From: an uncultured Actinomycetes bacterium
GTDB taxonomy: Bacteria > Actinomycetota > Actinomycetes > Nanopelagicales > Nanopelagicaceae
NCBI GenBank assembly: GCA_903825945.1
Contig: CAIKCJ010000018.1
Coordinates: 737 to 64,736, forward strand
Direction of reading: 5' to 3'
DNA length: 64,000 nucleotides
Part shown: piece after piece, positions 1-9,391 of the stretch
Layout of the letters: the number at the start of each line of letters is the position of its first letter
Numbering within the stretch: the stretch's first letter is position 1
Made by a program: the position numbers and the translations under genes
Notes under the pieces: model-generated
The model's database searches: none
What the model saw: the letters and a program-made list of their open reading frames with translations, nothing else
What the model was told of the DNA's origin: nothing

Positions 1-389
1 ACATAGTTGAATCTCACGCCTCTTACGCCTAATTCATGCATTCTGCCGAGCTCTACATCGCTCACATCTGGCTTAACCGTAACCACACCGCGTGCCAAAG
101 AGCCGGCTGTCGCCAACGCATCCAGGAGCGCAGAATTATCCGAACCATGACATGTGGCTTGGACGATGACATTCTTGGTAATTCCTAGATGATCACGAAG
201 TCTAAAGAGATCGTCCTTGCTGGCATCACAGGGTGTGTATTTACGTTCAGGTGCGTATGGAAATAAGTTCCCAGGGCCAAAGACGTGACAATGAGCGTCT
301 ACGGCTCCTGCAGGGAGGATAAATGATGGTTTTCGTGGATGAGGATGAAAATCTAGCCAATCAGCATCTTTTTGAAAGTGTTGTTCCAT
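1..389 (-). CDS. ligI: 2-pyrone-4,6-dicarboxylate hydrolase (LigI-like amidohydrolase); 3' end cut by window edge
   Basis: Not in the ORF track because it runs off the window. My reverse-strand translation from the ATG at 389 gives MEQHFQKDADWLDFHPHPRKPSFILPAGAVDAHCHVFGPGNLFPYAPERKYTPCDASKDDLFRLRDHLGITKNVIVQATCHGSDNSALLD. The GAxDAHCHVFGP and NVIVQAxCHGxDN stretches match Sphingobium LigI as I remember it. The ATG overlaps the TGA of ligJ (ATGA). Confidence 0.8.
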   Translation of the reverse strand, partial: MEQHFQKDADWLDFHPHPRKPSFILPAGAVDAHCHVFGPGNLFPYAPERKYTPCDASKDDLFRLRDHLGITKNVIVQATCHGSDNSALLDALATAGSLARGVVTVKPDVSDVELGRMHELGVRGVRFNY

Positions 390-1408
390 CATAAACCCCG
401 CGCAATTAGGGCCGCGTTCAACCGAGGGAACACTTTTCTGACGTTCCCCTCAAAGATGGACCTTTTCTCTTCGGTAGATATCTTTGCCGAATCCACATAT
501 CGCTTTGTATCATCAAAGTAATTACCTGTCTGTGGATCAATACCTCTGACTGCACCAACCATCTCTGATCCAAAAATAATATTTTTGTTATCGATGACAT
601 CAACAAGGAGATCAATACCCGGTTGATGATAGACGCAGGTGTCAAAAAAGACATTATTCATTAGGTGATCCTGCAGATTAGGTTTCTTCAACATATCTGC
701 CAAGCCACGATAACGTCCCCAGTGATAGGGAACAGCTCCACCACCGTGAGGAATTATAAATCGCAACGTCGGAAAATCTTTGAAGAGATCACCCTGAATG
801 AGCTGCATGAAAGCTGTTGTATCAGCGTTGATGTAATGCGCACCCGTCGCGTGAAAATTCAAGTTACAGGAACTAGAAACGTGAATCATTGCAGGGACAT
901 CGAGCTCAACCATTTTTTCATAGATCGGATACCAGTATCTATCGGTTAATGGGAGTGAGTTCCAGTTGCCCCCACTAGGGTCCGGATTAAGATTGCATCC
1001 GATAAAACCTAGTTCATTCACTGCTCGCTCTAACTCTTTCACTGATTCTGTGAGGTCAGTTCCGGGGAACTGAGGTAATTGACAGACTCCAATGAAAGTT
1101 TCCGGATAGAGATCTACAACACGCTTAATTAAATTATTGCAAGCTTGAGCCCACTCGATGCTGATCTGGGCATTTCCCTCATGGTGCGCCATAGCTGAGG
1201 CACGGGGGGAGAATATAGTCATATCTGCGCCACGCTCCTTGAGTAATCGGAGCTGATTAGTTTCAATGCTTTCGCGGATTACAGAATCAGCAATCTCTGG
1301 ATATGCAGGTGCAGGCTTTCCAGCTGCATATGCCGTCAGTTGCGCCTCGCGCCATTCATTGTGCAAGGCTGGCGCGGTTGTGTAGTGCCCATGGCAATCA
1401 ATGATCAT
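389..1408 (-). CDS. ligJ: 4-oxalomesaconate hydratase (LigJ-type amidohydrolase)
   Basis: ORF 389..1420. The internal ATG at 1408 gives MIIDCHGHY..., the N-terminus I recall for LigJ, and forms an ATGA overlap with the ligU stop (1405-1407). Other matches include NPDP...DRYWYPIYEKMVELDVPAMIH and HGGGAVPY. Confidence 0.75.
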   Translation of the reverse strand: MIIDCHGHYTTAPALHNEWREAQLTAYAAGKPAPAYPEIADSVIRESIETNQLRLLKERGADMTIFSPRASAMAHHEGNAQISIEWAQACNNLIKRVVDLYPETFIGVCQLPQFPGTDLTESVKELERAVNELGFIGCNLNPDPSGGNWNSLPLTDRYWYPIYEKMVELDVPAMIHVSSSCNLNFHATGAHYINADTTAFMQLIQGDLFKDFPTLRFIIPHGGGAVPYHWGRYRGLADMLKKPNLQDHLMNNVFFDTCVYHQPGIDLLVDVIDNKNIIFGSEMVGAVRGIDPQTGNYFDDTKRYVDSAKISTEEKRSIFEGNVRKVFPRLNAALIARGL

Positions 1409-2499
1409 TTCCCACTCCATACGCTATGTGGGATAAAGACATCCCCTTGCATGAGAAGCCGAGCTGTTCTTAGTAGCGCTGATTTCCTAATTATGATGGA
1501 AGCGCCTTCAATAGCGACATCCATCGAAACAGTAAAAAAGCCAGTTGGATGTTCAACATCAATTTTTGTCATCCCGTTTTCGCTGACCTTGGTTTGTGCA
1601 ATTTTGTATGCGACAGACCCAGGAATTAGGCAGGCTGTGGCAACCGACACAGCACCTAACACTCCAATCGCTTCATGTACTCGCACGGGAATTAGCGTTC
1701 TGGTCGAAATAGCTCCACCTTGATTGGGGGGAGACAAGAGACTCATCTTAGGAACGGTCTTATTTTTAACATCCCCTAAATTCATCATCTCGCCCACAGC
1801 AAGGCGAATATTTTCAATCTTCTCCTTGACCACAGTATTTGCTTCAATCTCAACAGGTGACTCTTCGCCTGTCAGTCCGAAATCAGATGCGTTCAGACAC
1901 ACGACTGGCATCCCATTATCGATGCATGTCACTTCGACACCATTAACAACATCGATGACGTTTCCTGTTGGAAGCAGAGCGCCACAACTTGATCCCGCAA
2001 CATCTTCAAAATCTATGTCAATGGGAGCATGTGTCCCTGGAACGCCGTCAATTCTTGAACTTCCTTCGTAATTAACTCTGCCATGTGGCGTTTGGATGTG
2101 GACTGTTGCTACGGATTCCGTATTTTCCATCCAGATACGCACACTTGTTAAATCCGTGCTTGCTTCAATAATTCCAGTTTCAATTGCAAAAGGTCCAACC
2201 CCAGCAAGAATGTTTCCGCAATTTTGCTGGTCTGAGACTTCCGCGCGATCAGGCCACACTTGTAAAAAGAGATAATCGAGATCAATTCCCGGGCGAGTAG
2301 ATTTCTTGACGATTGCCACTTTCGAAGTTAGTGGGTGGCCGCCTCCCATTCCATCGATCTCCCTTGAGTCTGGCGAACCAAGGGCAGATAGCAAAACCTG
2401 GTCCCTGAGGACTCTTTCAGATGGCAAATCTGACGCATTGAAATAAAGACCTTTTGAAGTCCCTCCGCGCATAACAAGAGTAGGTATAGCGGTTTGCAT
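1405..2499 (-). CDS. ligU: PrpF-family 4-oxalomesaconate tautomerase (LigU/GalD-like)
   Basis: The N-terminus [20 protein letters not shown] is typical of PrpF/GalD isomerases. It lies between ligK and ligJ with ATGA overlaps on both sides. Confidence 0.7.
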   Translation of the reverse strand: MQTAIPTLVMRGGTSKGLYFNASDLPSERVLRDQVLLSALGSPDSREIDGMGGGHPLTSKVAIVKKSTRPGIDLDYLFLQVWPDRAEVSDQQNCGNILAGVGPFAIETGIIEASTDLTSVRIWMENTESVATVHIQTPHGRVNYEGSSRIDGVPGTHAPIDIDFEDVAGSSCGALLPTGNVIDVVNGVEVTCIDNGMPVVCLNASDFGLTGEESPVEIEANTVVKEKIENIRLAVGEMMNLGDVKNKTVPKMSLLSPPNQGGAISTRTLIPVRVHEAIGVLGAVSVATACLIPGSVAYKIAQTKVSENGMTKIDVEHPTGFFTVSMDVAIEGASIIIRKSALLRTARLLMQGDVFIPHSVWSGK

Positions 2500-3185
2500 C
2501 AGCGTGGATCCTCGTAAGGAATGTAGACCAAACCCTTTTTCTCAAGAGACTCGCGCATGGAGTAGATGTCGAGTCCCAGTTCCCCGGCTTGAAGGCGAAT
2601 CCGTTTAGCAACTTCATTTTTTTCTCGAGTTTGTGCTTTTTCGAGAACCTGGCCAGCATCCTCTCGCTTCACAACGACTACGCCATCAATATCGGCGATT
2701 ATCACATCACCCGGGCGGACATAGGCATTTGCTATAACGATTGGCATTTGCACATTGCCTGGCGTCTCCTTCACGGTTCCCTGTGAGCTTATGCACTTGG
2801 ACCAGACTGGAAAGTTCATCTGCGTGAGGGTGGAGACATCACGCACCCCAGCGTCTATTACTAATCCACGAACTCCGTGAGCCGCGAGGCTGGTAGCCAA
2901 TAGATCACCTAAATACCCATCGTCGGAAGGACTAGTGGGTGTCACGATGAGGATATCGCCGGGCTGTGCTTGTTCTACGGCAATGTGAATAGACCAGTTG
3001 TCCCCTGGAGCCACTTCGCAAGTTAAAGCATTTCCAGCGATAGCCGCAGGGAAGATCGGACGCAATCTGTGGTGAAGCATTCCAATTCTGCCTTGTGCTT
3101 CGTGCACTGTTGCCGAACCCAATTTTGCCAGCGCGTCAACAATTGCCAATTCAGTTCTTGGCGTTCCCTGGACTACATACGGCAT
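2499..3185 (-). CDS. ligK: 4-carboxy-4-hydroxy-2-oxoadipate aldolase / oxaloacetate decarboxylase (RraA-like, LigK/GalC)
   Basis: [48 protein letters not shown] and QGTVKET closely track the LigK sequence as I recall it. Confidence 0.85.
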   Translation of the reverse strand: MPYVVQGTPRTELAIVDALAKLGSATVHEAQGRIGMLHHRLRPIFPAAIAGNALTCEVAPGDNWSIHIAVEQAQPGDILIVTPTSPSDDGYLGDLLATSLAAHGVRGLVIDAGVRDVSTLTQMNFPVWSKCISSQGTVKETPGNVQMPIVIANAYVRPGDVIIADIDGVVVVKREDAGQVLEKAQTREKNEVAKRIRLQAGELGLDIYSMRESLEKKGLVYIPYEDPR

Positions 3186-3212
3186 CTACGTACCCTTCCG
3201 AAATTATAAATT

Positions 3213-4391
3213 TTAACGAACGCCGACATATTTCTCTGCTAGATCAGCAGCTGCATATTTTGACTTGATAACGTGATTGATTTGAGCAAGTTGGAGTTGC
3301 GCATCGAATGGATCTCCATTGGTGTGCATCATCGACGTGAACCACCAAGAGAAGCGAGTTGCTCCCCAAACTTTTTCAAGTGCCTTCCGAGAGTAATCGT
3401 CGGCGAAGTCTTGATTATTTTTTGTGAGAAGTTCCACCAGAGTTTCACCTAGTAACCGCACATCGTTAGCCGCAAGATTTAATCCCTTGGCGCCAGTCGG
3501 AGGCACGGTATGAGCGGCATCCCCGGCAAGAAAAAGTCGTCCATATTGCATTTTGTTACTCACGAAAGATCGCATTGCCAAAATGCTTTTTTCAGTGATG
3601 GGTCCACGCTCTAATTCCCATCCATCTAGAGCAAGTCTCTCAGAGAGTTCATCCCAGCAACGCTCATCAGACCATTTGGCCAGATCATCATTCGGCTCAA
3701 CTTGTAGATAAAGGCGGGTGACCTTTTCAGAACGCATTGAGTTGAGAGCAAATCCCTTCGGATGCCAGGCGTAGACGAGCTCGTCAATAGATGGCTTAAC
3801 ATTTGCCATAATTCCAAGCCAAGAGAATGGATAAACTTTTTCGAAGCAGTCCTTCTCAACATTTGGAATAGCTTTTCTCGAAACTCCCCAGAAGCCATCG
3901 CAACCTGCAATGGCTTCACATTCAATGACTTGCTTGATGCCATGAGCATCAGTGAAGTGAACCTTTGGTTTTGTCGAGTTTACATCAACCAGATTTACAT
4001 CTGTTACTTCGTAAAAATTTTTTTGACCCTGGACATCACACGCCTTATGCAGATCTCTTTGAATCTCGGTCTGCCCATAAGCCCAAACCGTTTGATCTAC
4101 TAATTCCTTGAAATTAATGTGGTGTCGATTACCTGGAATTTGCAAATAGATTCCTTGATGTTCAAATCCCTCCTTGTGCAATCGTTCTCCAACGCCAATC
4201 TCATCCAAAAGTGCAACAAGTTGTGCTTCAAGAATCCCAGCTCTCACGCGGGATTGCACATACTCTCTACTGCGATTCTCTATTACTATCGTATCGATGT
4301 TATGAATAGCGAGATACCTAGCAAGAATGAGACCTGCAGGACCTGCTCCAATTATGGCAACGCGAGTTTTGAAAGTCATAGTGCTGGACAT
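3213..4391 (-). CDS. pobA: 4-hydroxybenzoate 3-monooxygenase
   Basis: FAD fold motif VAIIGAGPAGL. Also IVIENRSREYVQSRVRAGILE and LFLAGDAAHTVPPTGAKGLNLA. Length is 392 aa. The start may be MTFKT at 4379. Confidence 0.85.
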   Translation of the reverse strand: MSSTMTFKTRVAIIGAGPAGLILARYLAIHNIDTIVIENRSREYVQSRVRAGILEAQLVALLDEIGVGERLHKEGFEHQGIYLQIPGNRHHINFKELVDQTVWAYGQTEIQRDLHKACDVQGQKNFYEVTDVNLVDVNSTKPKVHFTDAHGIKQVIECEAIAGCDGFWGVSRKAIPNVEKDCFEKVYPFSWLGIMANVKPSIDELVYAWHPKGFALNSMRSEKVTRLYLQVEPNDDLAKWSDERCWDELSERLALDGWELERGPITEKSILAMRSFVSNKMQYGRLFLAGDAAHTVPPTGAKGLNLAANDVRLLGETLVELLTKNNQDFADDYSRKALEKVWGATRFSWWFTSMMHTNGDPFDAQLQLAQINHVIKSKYAAADLAEKYVGVR

Positions 4392-4412
4392 CCCTTTTTG
4401 TAAATGAAAGTT

Positions 4413-5516
4413 CTATTCATGTGGCATACGTATTACAGGTTTCAGAACTGATCCAGAGTATGAAGCAGCAAGTGCTTCATTTATTTGTGAGAGAGGAAAT
4501 TCGACGAGAAGTTCATCGTAAGGAAAACGTCCTTGAGCATTGAGCTCCAACAGTCCTCGAATAAGTTTCTTGCTTGTGCTTTCACCGCCAAGCATTCCAA
4601 TTATTCTCTTGCCCCATAACGTTGATAAATGGTCAGCTGTAAATTCAGCTCCAGCTGGTGCACCACCGATTAGGCAGACAGTTCCGAGCATTCCAACGCT
4701 ATCTATCGCCTGACGAACAACTTTTATGTTACCGGTGCACTCAAGAGCGTAGTCTGCATGGCGACCGCAAATTTTGATCACCTCTGCCACGGGATTTGAA
4801 GAGTGAACATTAATTGTGTGAGTTGCGCCGTATTTTTTTGCTAGAGCCAATCGAGAATCGTGCAAATCGACCGCAATAATTGTGGTGGCGCCAGTATTTT
4901 TAGCCGCCATTATGGCTGATAGTCCGACAGCTCCAGCTCCATAGATAACCAAAGTTGATCCTAAAGTTGGTTTCAAGGCGTTAAAAATTGCTCCAGCGCC
5001 TGTTGAGATTCCACAAGCCAGTGGCCCTAACTTTTCGATAGCTACTCCCTCGGGTGCTTTAACCAAACTTGATTCGGATGCGATTGCATACGTGGAAAAT
5101 GAAGATTGACCAAAGAAATGACTGTGAATAGGTTTTCCGTCTCGAGCGAGTGAGGAAGTTCCATCCCCACGTCCACCCCCAGCAAGAAGTGGTCCAAGCT
5201 GATCACAGTAACGAGGGTTTCCTGACAGGCAGTGTTCGCAGGTGCCGCACCATGGCCATCCGATGACAACTGCATCACCAACCGCGACCGAGGTAACGCC
5301 GGTACCTATTTTTTCGACAATTCCAGCACCTTCGTGTCCAAGGACCCCTGGAGTTGGGAAGGGGAGATCGGCATGTTGAGCAAGGCCATCTGTATGACAT
5401 ATTCCCGTCGCGATAATCTTTATTCTGACTTCACCTGCGCGAGGTTCTTCGATATCAAGTTCTTCGATTTCAAATGGTGTGTCATATGAGTTTAATACTG
5501 CAGCTGTTACACGCAC
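4413..5516 (-). CDS. Zn-dependent aryl/benzyl-alcohol dehydrogenase family protein
   Basis: GHEGAGIVEKIG zinc-ADH signature, structural-zinc CGTCEHCLSGNPRYC and GAGAVGLSA NAD motif. GTG start. First gene of the minus-strand lig/pobA operon. Confidence 0.7.
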   Translation of the reverse strand: MRVTAAVLNSYDTPFEIEELDIEEPRAGEVRIKIIATGICHTDGLAQHADLPFPTPGVLGHEGAGIVEKIGTGVTSVAVGDAVVIGWPWCGTCEHCLSGNPRYCDQLGPLLAGGGRGDGTSSLARDGKPIHSHFFGQSSFSTYAIASESSLVKAPEGVAIEKLGPLACGISTGAGAIFNALKPTLGSTLVIYGAGAVGLSAIMAAKNTGATTIIAVDLHDSRLALAKKYGATHTINVHSSNPVAEVIKICGRHADYALECTGNIKVVRQAIDSVGMLGTVCLIGGAPAGAEFTADHLSTLWGKRIIGMLGGESTSKKLIRGLLELNAQGRFPYDELLVEFPLSQINEALAASYSGSVLKPVIRMPHE

Positions 5517-5616
5517 GGAAACTGCCTGCCTCTCTGTATCTGATTATAAATTTTTCGTTATAAACGCGACGCTTACGACTGATTGGATAATTCCAAAGTT
5601 GCAAGATTGTTGCATT

Positions 5617-5643
5617 AACTCTTTCCATTGAATGGAAAGAGTT
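5617..5643. promoter_or_regulatory. Perfect 13-1-13 palindrome AACTCTTTCCATT-G-AATGGAAAGAGTT in the divergent promoter region; candidate operator
   Basis: Read directly from the sequence; both arms are exact reverse complements. It lies about 100 bp from the ADH start (5516) and about 83 bp from the likely SBP start (5726). A 1-nt spacer rules out an RNA hairpin, which favours a DNA-binding site. Confidence 0.5.
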
Positions 5644-5725
5644 CTAGGGTAGTTAACTGATGGGCATTAGAAATGCGTCATGCCCACAACTCCGCTGGGT
5701 CATATCAAACGAAAGGCTCAATCAT

Positions 5726-7036
5726 ATGATTCGAAGTTCAATCACTTCGCTTATGCGAGCAAGTAAAAAGCAGAAGGCATCTACTGCAGCAGTCGCAGTA
5801 CTGGCCCTCGCACTTTCAGGAGCAGCGCTCCCTAACCCAGCTGGTGCGGCTTATACGAGTTCGGTAATTAAGATTGGTTATATCTCTCCAAAAACCGGGC
5901 CTTATGCTGGTTTTGCAGAGGGTGATCCATTCATGCTCCGTGCAGTTCGGGCATATTTCGCTAAAGGAGTTATGTCTGGCGGCAAGAAATACAGCGTTCA
6001 GATTTTGGATCGCGATTCAGGATCAGATCCTGCGAAGGCAGGGCAGCTTGCAGATGAGTTAATCAACAAGGATAAAGTTGATATTTTGATGGCTACATCT
6101 ACTCCAGAAACAGTAAATCCAGTCATCGCAAAGTGCGAAGCAGATGCAGTGCCATGCATCACCACGGTTGCTCCATGGCAAGCAGTCTTTTTTGGAGGCG
6201 GGTTCACTCCTGCAAAGCCAATGCAGTGGACTCACCACTTCTTCTTCGGTGTAGAAGGTTTCGGACTCACTGATCCAGGTGCCTGGAACCAAGTTACAAC
6301 TGATAAAAAGGTTGGTGTTCTCTGGCCAAATGATTCAGATGGCGGCGCTTTCCGCGATCCTGTGAACGGATATACACCTTTCGCTAAGAAAGCTGGATAT
6401 ACGATCGTAGATCCTGGTGCCTATGAAGATGGAACCAAAGATTTCACGTCTATCATCACCAAGTTCAAGCAGGAAGGTGTAGAGATCATTGCTGGTGTAC
6501 CAACTCCACCAGATTTCATTACATTCTGGACACAGGCAGCACAGCAAGGCTTTAAGCCGAAGATTGTGACAATGGGTAAGGCGCTATTCTTCCCAGCTAC
6601 CGTGCCTGCAATTCCTAATAATCTAGGAAACGGACTCTCCTTCGCTGCTTCATGGGGAGCAACATTCCCATACAAGTCAAGCCTCGATGGCACAACCGCT
6701 GCTCAATGGGCGACAAAGTACGAGCAAGGAACCAAACTTCTCTATGGCCAAGCAACTCCAAACAACTACACGTTGTTTGAATTAGCAAACGCTGCAATCG
6801 AGAAGGTCACAAACCCTCATGATAAGAGTGCCATTAATAAGGCGCTTAATACTGTGAACATGATGACCCTATCTGGACAGATTGATTTCACTCATGGTCC
6901 AGTACCAGGAATTGCAACAATTCCAACTGTAGTTGGCCAATGGCAGCTCACAGGCGGCAAGTGGAGTTGGTCTGTTGTGGACAACACCCAGGACCCAGCG
7001 GTCCCAGTCGCGCACAAGATCACGCCTCTTAACTAA
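5726..7036 (+). CDS. ABC transporter substrate-binding protein, Liv/Peripla_BP_6 type (probable aromatic-acid binding)
   Basis: ORF 5660..7036. The ATG at 5726 is preceded by GAAAGG (5711-5716) and gives a signal-like N-terminus MIRSSITSLMRASKKQKASTAAVAVLALALSGAAL. No lipobox Cys is visible. It is followed by livGFHM-like genes. Confidence 0.8.
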   Translation: MIRSSITSLMRASKKQKASTAAVAVLALALSGAALPNPAGAAYTSSVIKIGYISPKTGPYAGFAEGDPFMLRAVRAYFAKGVMSGGKKYSVQILDRDSGSDPAKAGQLADELINKDKVDILMATSTPETVNPVIAKCEADAVPCITTVAPWQAVFFGGGFTPAKPMQWTHHFFFGVEGFGLTDPGAWNQVTTDKKVGVLWPNDSDGGAFRDPVNGYTPFAKKAGYTIVDPGAYEDGTKDFTSIITKFKQEGVEIIAGVPTPPDFITFWTQAAQQGFKPKIVTMGKALFFPATVPAIPNNLGNGLSFAASWGATFPYKSSLDGTTAAQWATKYEQGTKLLYGQATPNNYTLFELANAAIEKVTNPHDKSAINKALNTVNMMTLSGQIDFTHGPVPGIATIPTVVGQWQLTGGKWSWSVVDNTQDPAVPVAHKITPLN

Positions 7037-7065
7037 GGCATAGTCCATACTCGATAGGAATTGAA

Positions 7066-7782
7066 TTGATACTAGATGTGCAGTCCGTGAGTAAGTCTTA
7101 TGGAAATCTCGGAGTTCTCTTTGACGTGTCACTATCGATTCCTATCGGGCAGGCTGTTGGCATTGTTGGTCCCAACGGGGCAGGCAAGACAACATTCTTA
7201 AGTGTTATCAACGGAACTGAGCCAACTTCGGCTGGCTCAGTTTTCTTCAACGGCACCGATGTCACTAAGCAGGGTGCAGAAGAGAGATCCCGTTCAGGGA
7301 TCGGTCGAACATTTCAAATTCCACGCCCCTTTTCCAACCTTTCTGTCTTTGAGAATGCATTAGCTGGAGCTGCTTTTGGTGGTGGTCTTCGAGGTCGTGA
7401 AGCCCAAACCGCCGCACTCGATGCGCTTGAAAAAAGCGAGATGATGCAATTTGCCAATTTACGTGCAGGTGGGTTGTCACTGCTGGCTCGCAAACGCCTT
7501 GAATTAGCACGAGCGCTCTCCACCCAACCAAAACTCTTGCTATTAGATGAGATTGCTGGAGGATTAACCGAAGCTGAGTGTATTTCTCTTATAGCTACTA
7601 TAAAAAATTTAAAAGATTCAGGTATAACGATTGTATGGATTGAGCATGTTGTCCAAGCCCTTGTTGCAGTCGTGGATCGATTGGTTTGCCTCGCATCTGG
7701 AACCATTATTCAAGATGGAATACCAGATGAAGTCTTAAAAAGTCGAGAAGTATTGTCTGTATATATGGGGACAGGAATCTGA
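7066..7782 (+). CDS. Branched-chain-type ABC transporter ATP-binding protein (LivG-like)
   Basis: Walker A GPNGAGKTT and Walker B LLLLDE. TTG start. Confidence 0.85.
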   Translation: MILDVQSVSKSYGNLGVLFDVSLSIPIGQAVGIVGPNGAGKTTFLSVINGTEPTSAGSVFFNGTDVTKQGAEERSRSGIGRTFQIPRPFSNLSVFENALAGAAFGGGLRGREAQTAALDALEKSEMMQFANLRAGGLSLLARKRLELARALSTQPKLLLLDEIAGGLTEAECISLIATIKNLKDSGITIVWIEHVVQALVAVVDRLVCLASGTIIQDGIPDEVLKSREVLSVYMGTGI

Positions 7783-8522
7783 TGTCAGTTTTAGAAATTA
7801 AGAATCTAAGAGCTGGCTATGGGGATCTAGTAGCCGTTTCTGATCTTTCATTCGCAGTGCAACAAGGTGAGTTATTTGCTCTAGTGGGGGCTAACGGCGC
7901 AGGCAAGTCGACCTTGTTGAAATCTATCGTTGGTTCAATGAGCGTGAAGTCGGGCACAATCATTTTCAAAGATGATGATATAACGACGGTTGCTGATTAC
8001 AAGAGAATTCAGGCTGGGATTTCGCTGGTTCCAGAAGGTCGCCGACTTTTCACAAGTTTAAGTGTTGAGGAAAATCTATTGGTTGGCGCTGCCACAGGCA
8101 GAAAAGGACCATGGAATTTGAAATCGATTTTTGAACTACTTCCCATTGTTGAGAAATTAAAGGATAGAAATGCCGGTCGGCTTTCCGGGGGCGAACAACA
8201 AGCGGTAGCGATTGGACGTTCGCTAATGTCCAATCCGGATTTGATTTTACTTGATGAGATCTCCTTAGGATTGGCTCCAATTGTTGTGGAACAGATCTAT
8301 GCAGCCTTGCCTGATATCCGCAATGAAGGACTAAGCATTATTTTGGTGGAACAAGATTTGAGCCGCACCCTAAAAGTCGCGGATAAAATCGCATGTCTGC
8401 TCGAAGGACATCTGGTCTTAGAAGGACGACCCTCAGATCTAACGCATCAGCAAATAACAGATGCCTACTTTGGACACTCAATTGCATCCTTTGGCACTTC
8501 ATCTAACGGAGCGAACTCATGA
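7782..8522 (+). CDS. Branched-chain-type ABC transporter ATP-binding protein (LivF-like)
   Basis: Walker A GANGAGKST, signature LSGGEQQ and Walker B LILLDE. Its start overlaps the previous stop. Confidence 0.85.
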   Translation: MSVLEIKNLRAGYGDLVAVSDLSFAVQQGELFALVGANGAGKSTLLKSIVGSMSVKSGTIIFKDDDITTVADYKRIQAGISLVPEGRRLFTSLSVEENLLVGAATGRKGPWNLKSIFELLPIVEKLKDRNAGRLSGGEQQAVAIGRSLMSNPDLILLDEISLGLAPIVVEQIYAALPDIRNEGLSIILVEQDLSRTLKVADKIACLLEGHLVLEGRPSDLTHQQITDAYFGHSIASFGTSSNGANS

Positions 8523-9391
8523 TCTACTTGAATTCCATATCTCAGGGAATTTTGCTCGGTGGTTTATTCGCCTTGTCCGCCGTGGGATTATCGCTTGCAT
8601 TCGGTGTATTAAGAATTGTTAATTTAGCTCATGGCGATCTCATGACGCTCGGCGGTTATTTAGCCTTTATTACCATTGAACACACTGGGATGAGTACTTG
8701 GTATTCATTCTTGATTGTCGTACCAGCAATGGGAGTAATTGGCTACTTAGTTCAACGACTACTACTCCAAAGAGCGTTACGTATGGGAGAACTCGCTCCG
8801 CTTATGGTGACATTTGGAATCTCCATTATCATCCCAAATAGTCTTGTTCAGTTATTTACCAATAATACTGAGCAGCTTCCTGTTGGAAGTTTAGCTACAA
8901 GCAGCATCCAAGTTAATAGCCAAATAAGTATCGGAACGTTTCCCCTTGTTACTTTGGGAATATCAATCGTGATGATCAGCGCGTTACAACAATATTTGGC
9001 CAGAACCAAAATGGGCAGGTATATGCGAGCGGCGGCTGATGATAGTGAAGTCCTTCGCCTAATGGGTGTAGATCATCGACGTGTTTATGGAATTGCGATG
9101 GGTATCGCATTTTCCACACTAGCGATGGCTGGAATCCTCTTTGGCATGAGACAAGGTGGTGTTTCACCTTACGACGGGCAGCTCACCGTACTCTTTGCCT
9201 TCGAAACTGTGATTATCGGAGGACTCGGTTCTCTCTGGGGGACCCTTCTCGGAGGCATGGTGCTTGGTATTGCACAAACAATCGCGGGTCAATTTAGTCC
9301 TGAACTACCGCTATTGGTCGGCCACCTCGTCTTTCTGGGTGTCTTAGCCTTTCGTCCGAATGGATTACTTGGAAAGCCGGTATTGCGATGA
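8519..9391 (+). CDS. Branched-chain-type ABC transporter permease (LivH-like)
   Basis: Polytopic hydrophobic protein with LNLAHGDLMTLGGY typical of LivH. 4-nt overlaps on both sides. Confidence 0.85.
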   Translation: MIYLNSISQGILLGGLFALSAVGLSLAFGVLRIVNLAHGDLMTLGGYLAFITIEHTGMSTWYSFLIVVPAMGVIGYLVQRLLLQRALRMGELAPLMVTFGISIIIPNSLVQLFTNNTEQLPVGSLATSSIQVNSQISIGTFPLVTLGISIVMISALQQYLARTKMGRYMRAAADDSEVLRLMGVDHRRVYGIAMGIAFSTLAMAGILFGMRQGGVSPYDGQLTVLFAFETVIIGGLGSLWGTLLGGMVLGIAQTIAGQFSPELPLLVGHLVFLGVLAFRPNGLLGKPVLR

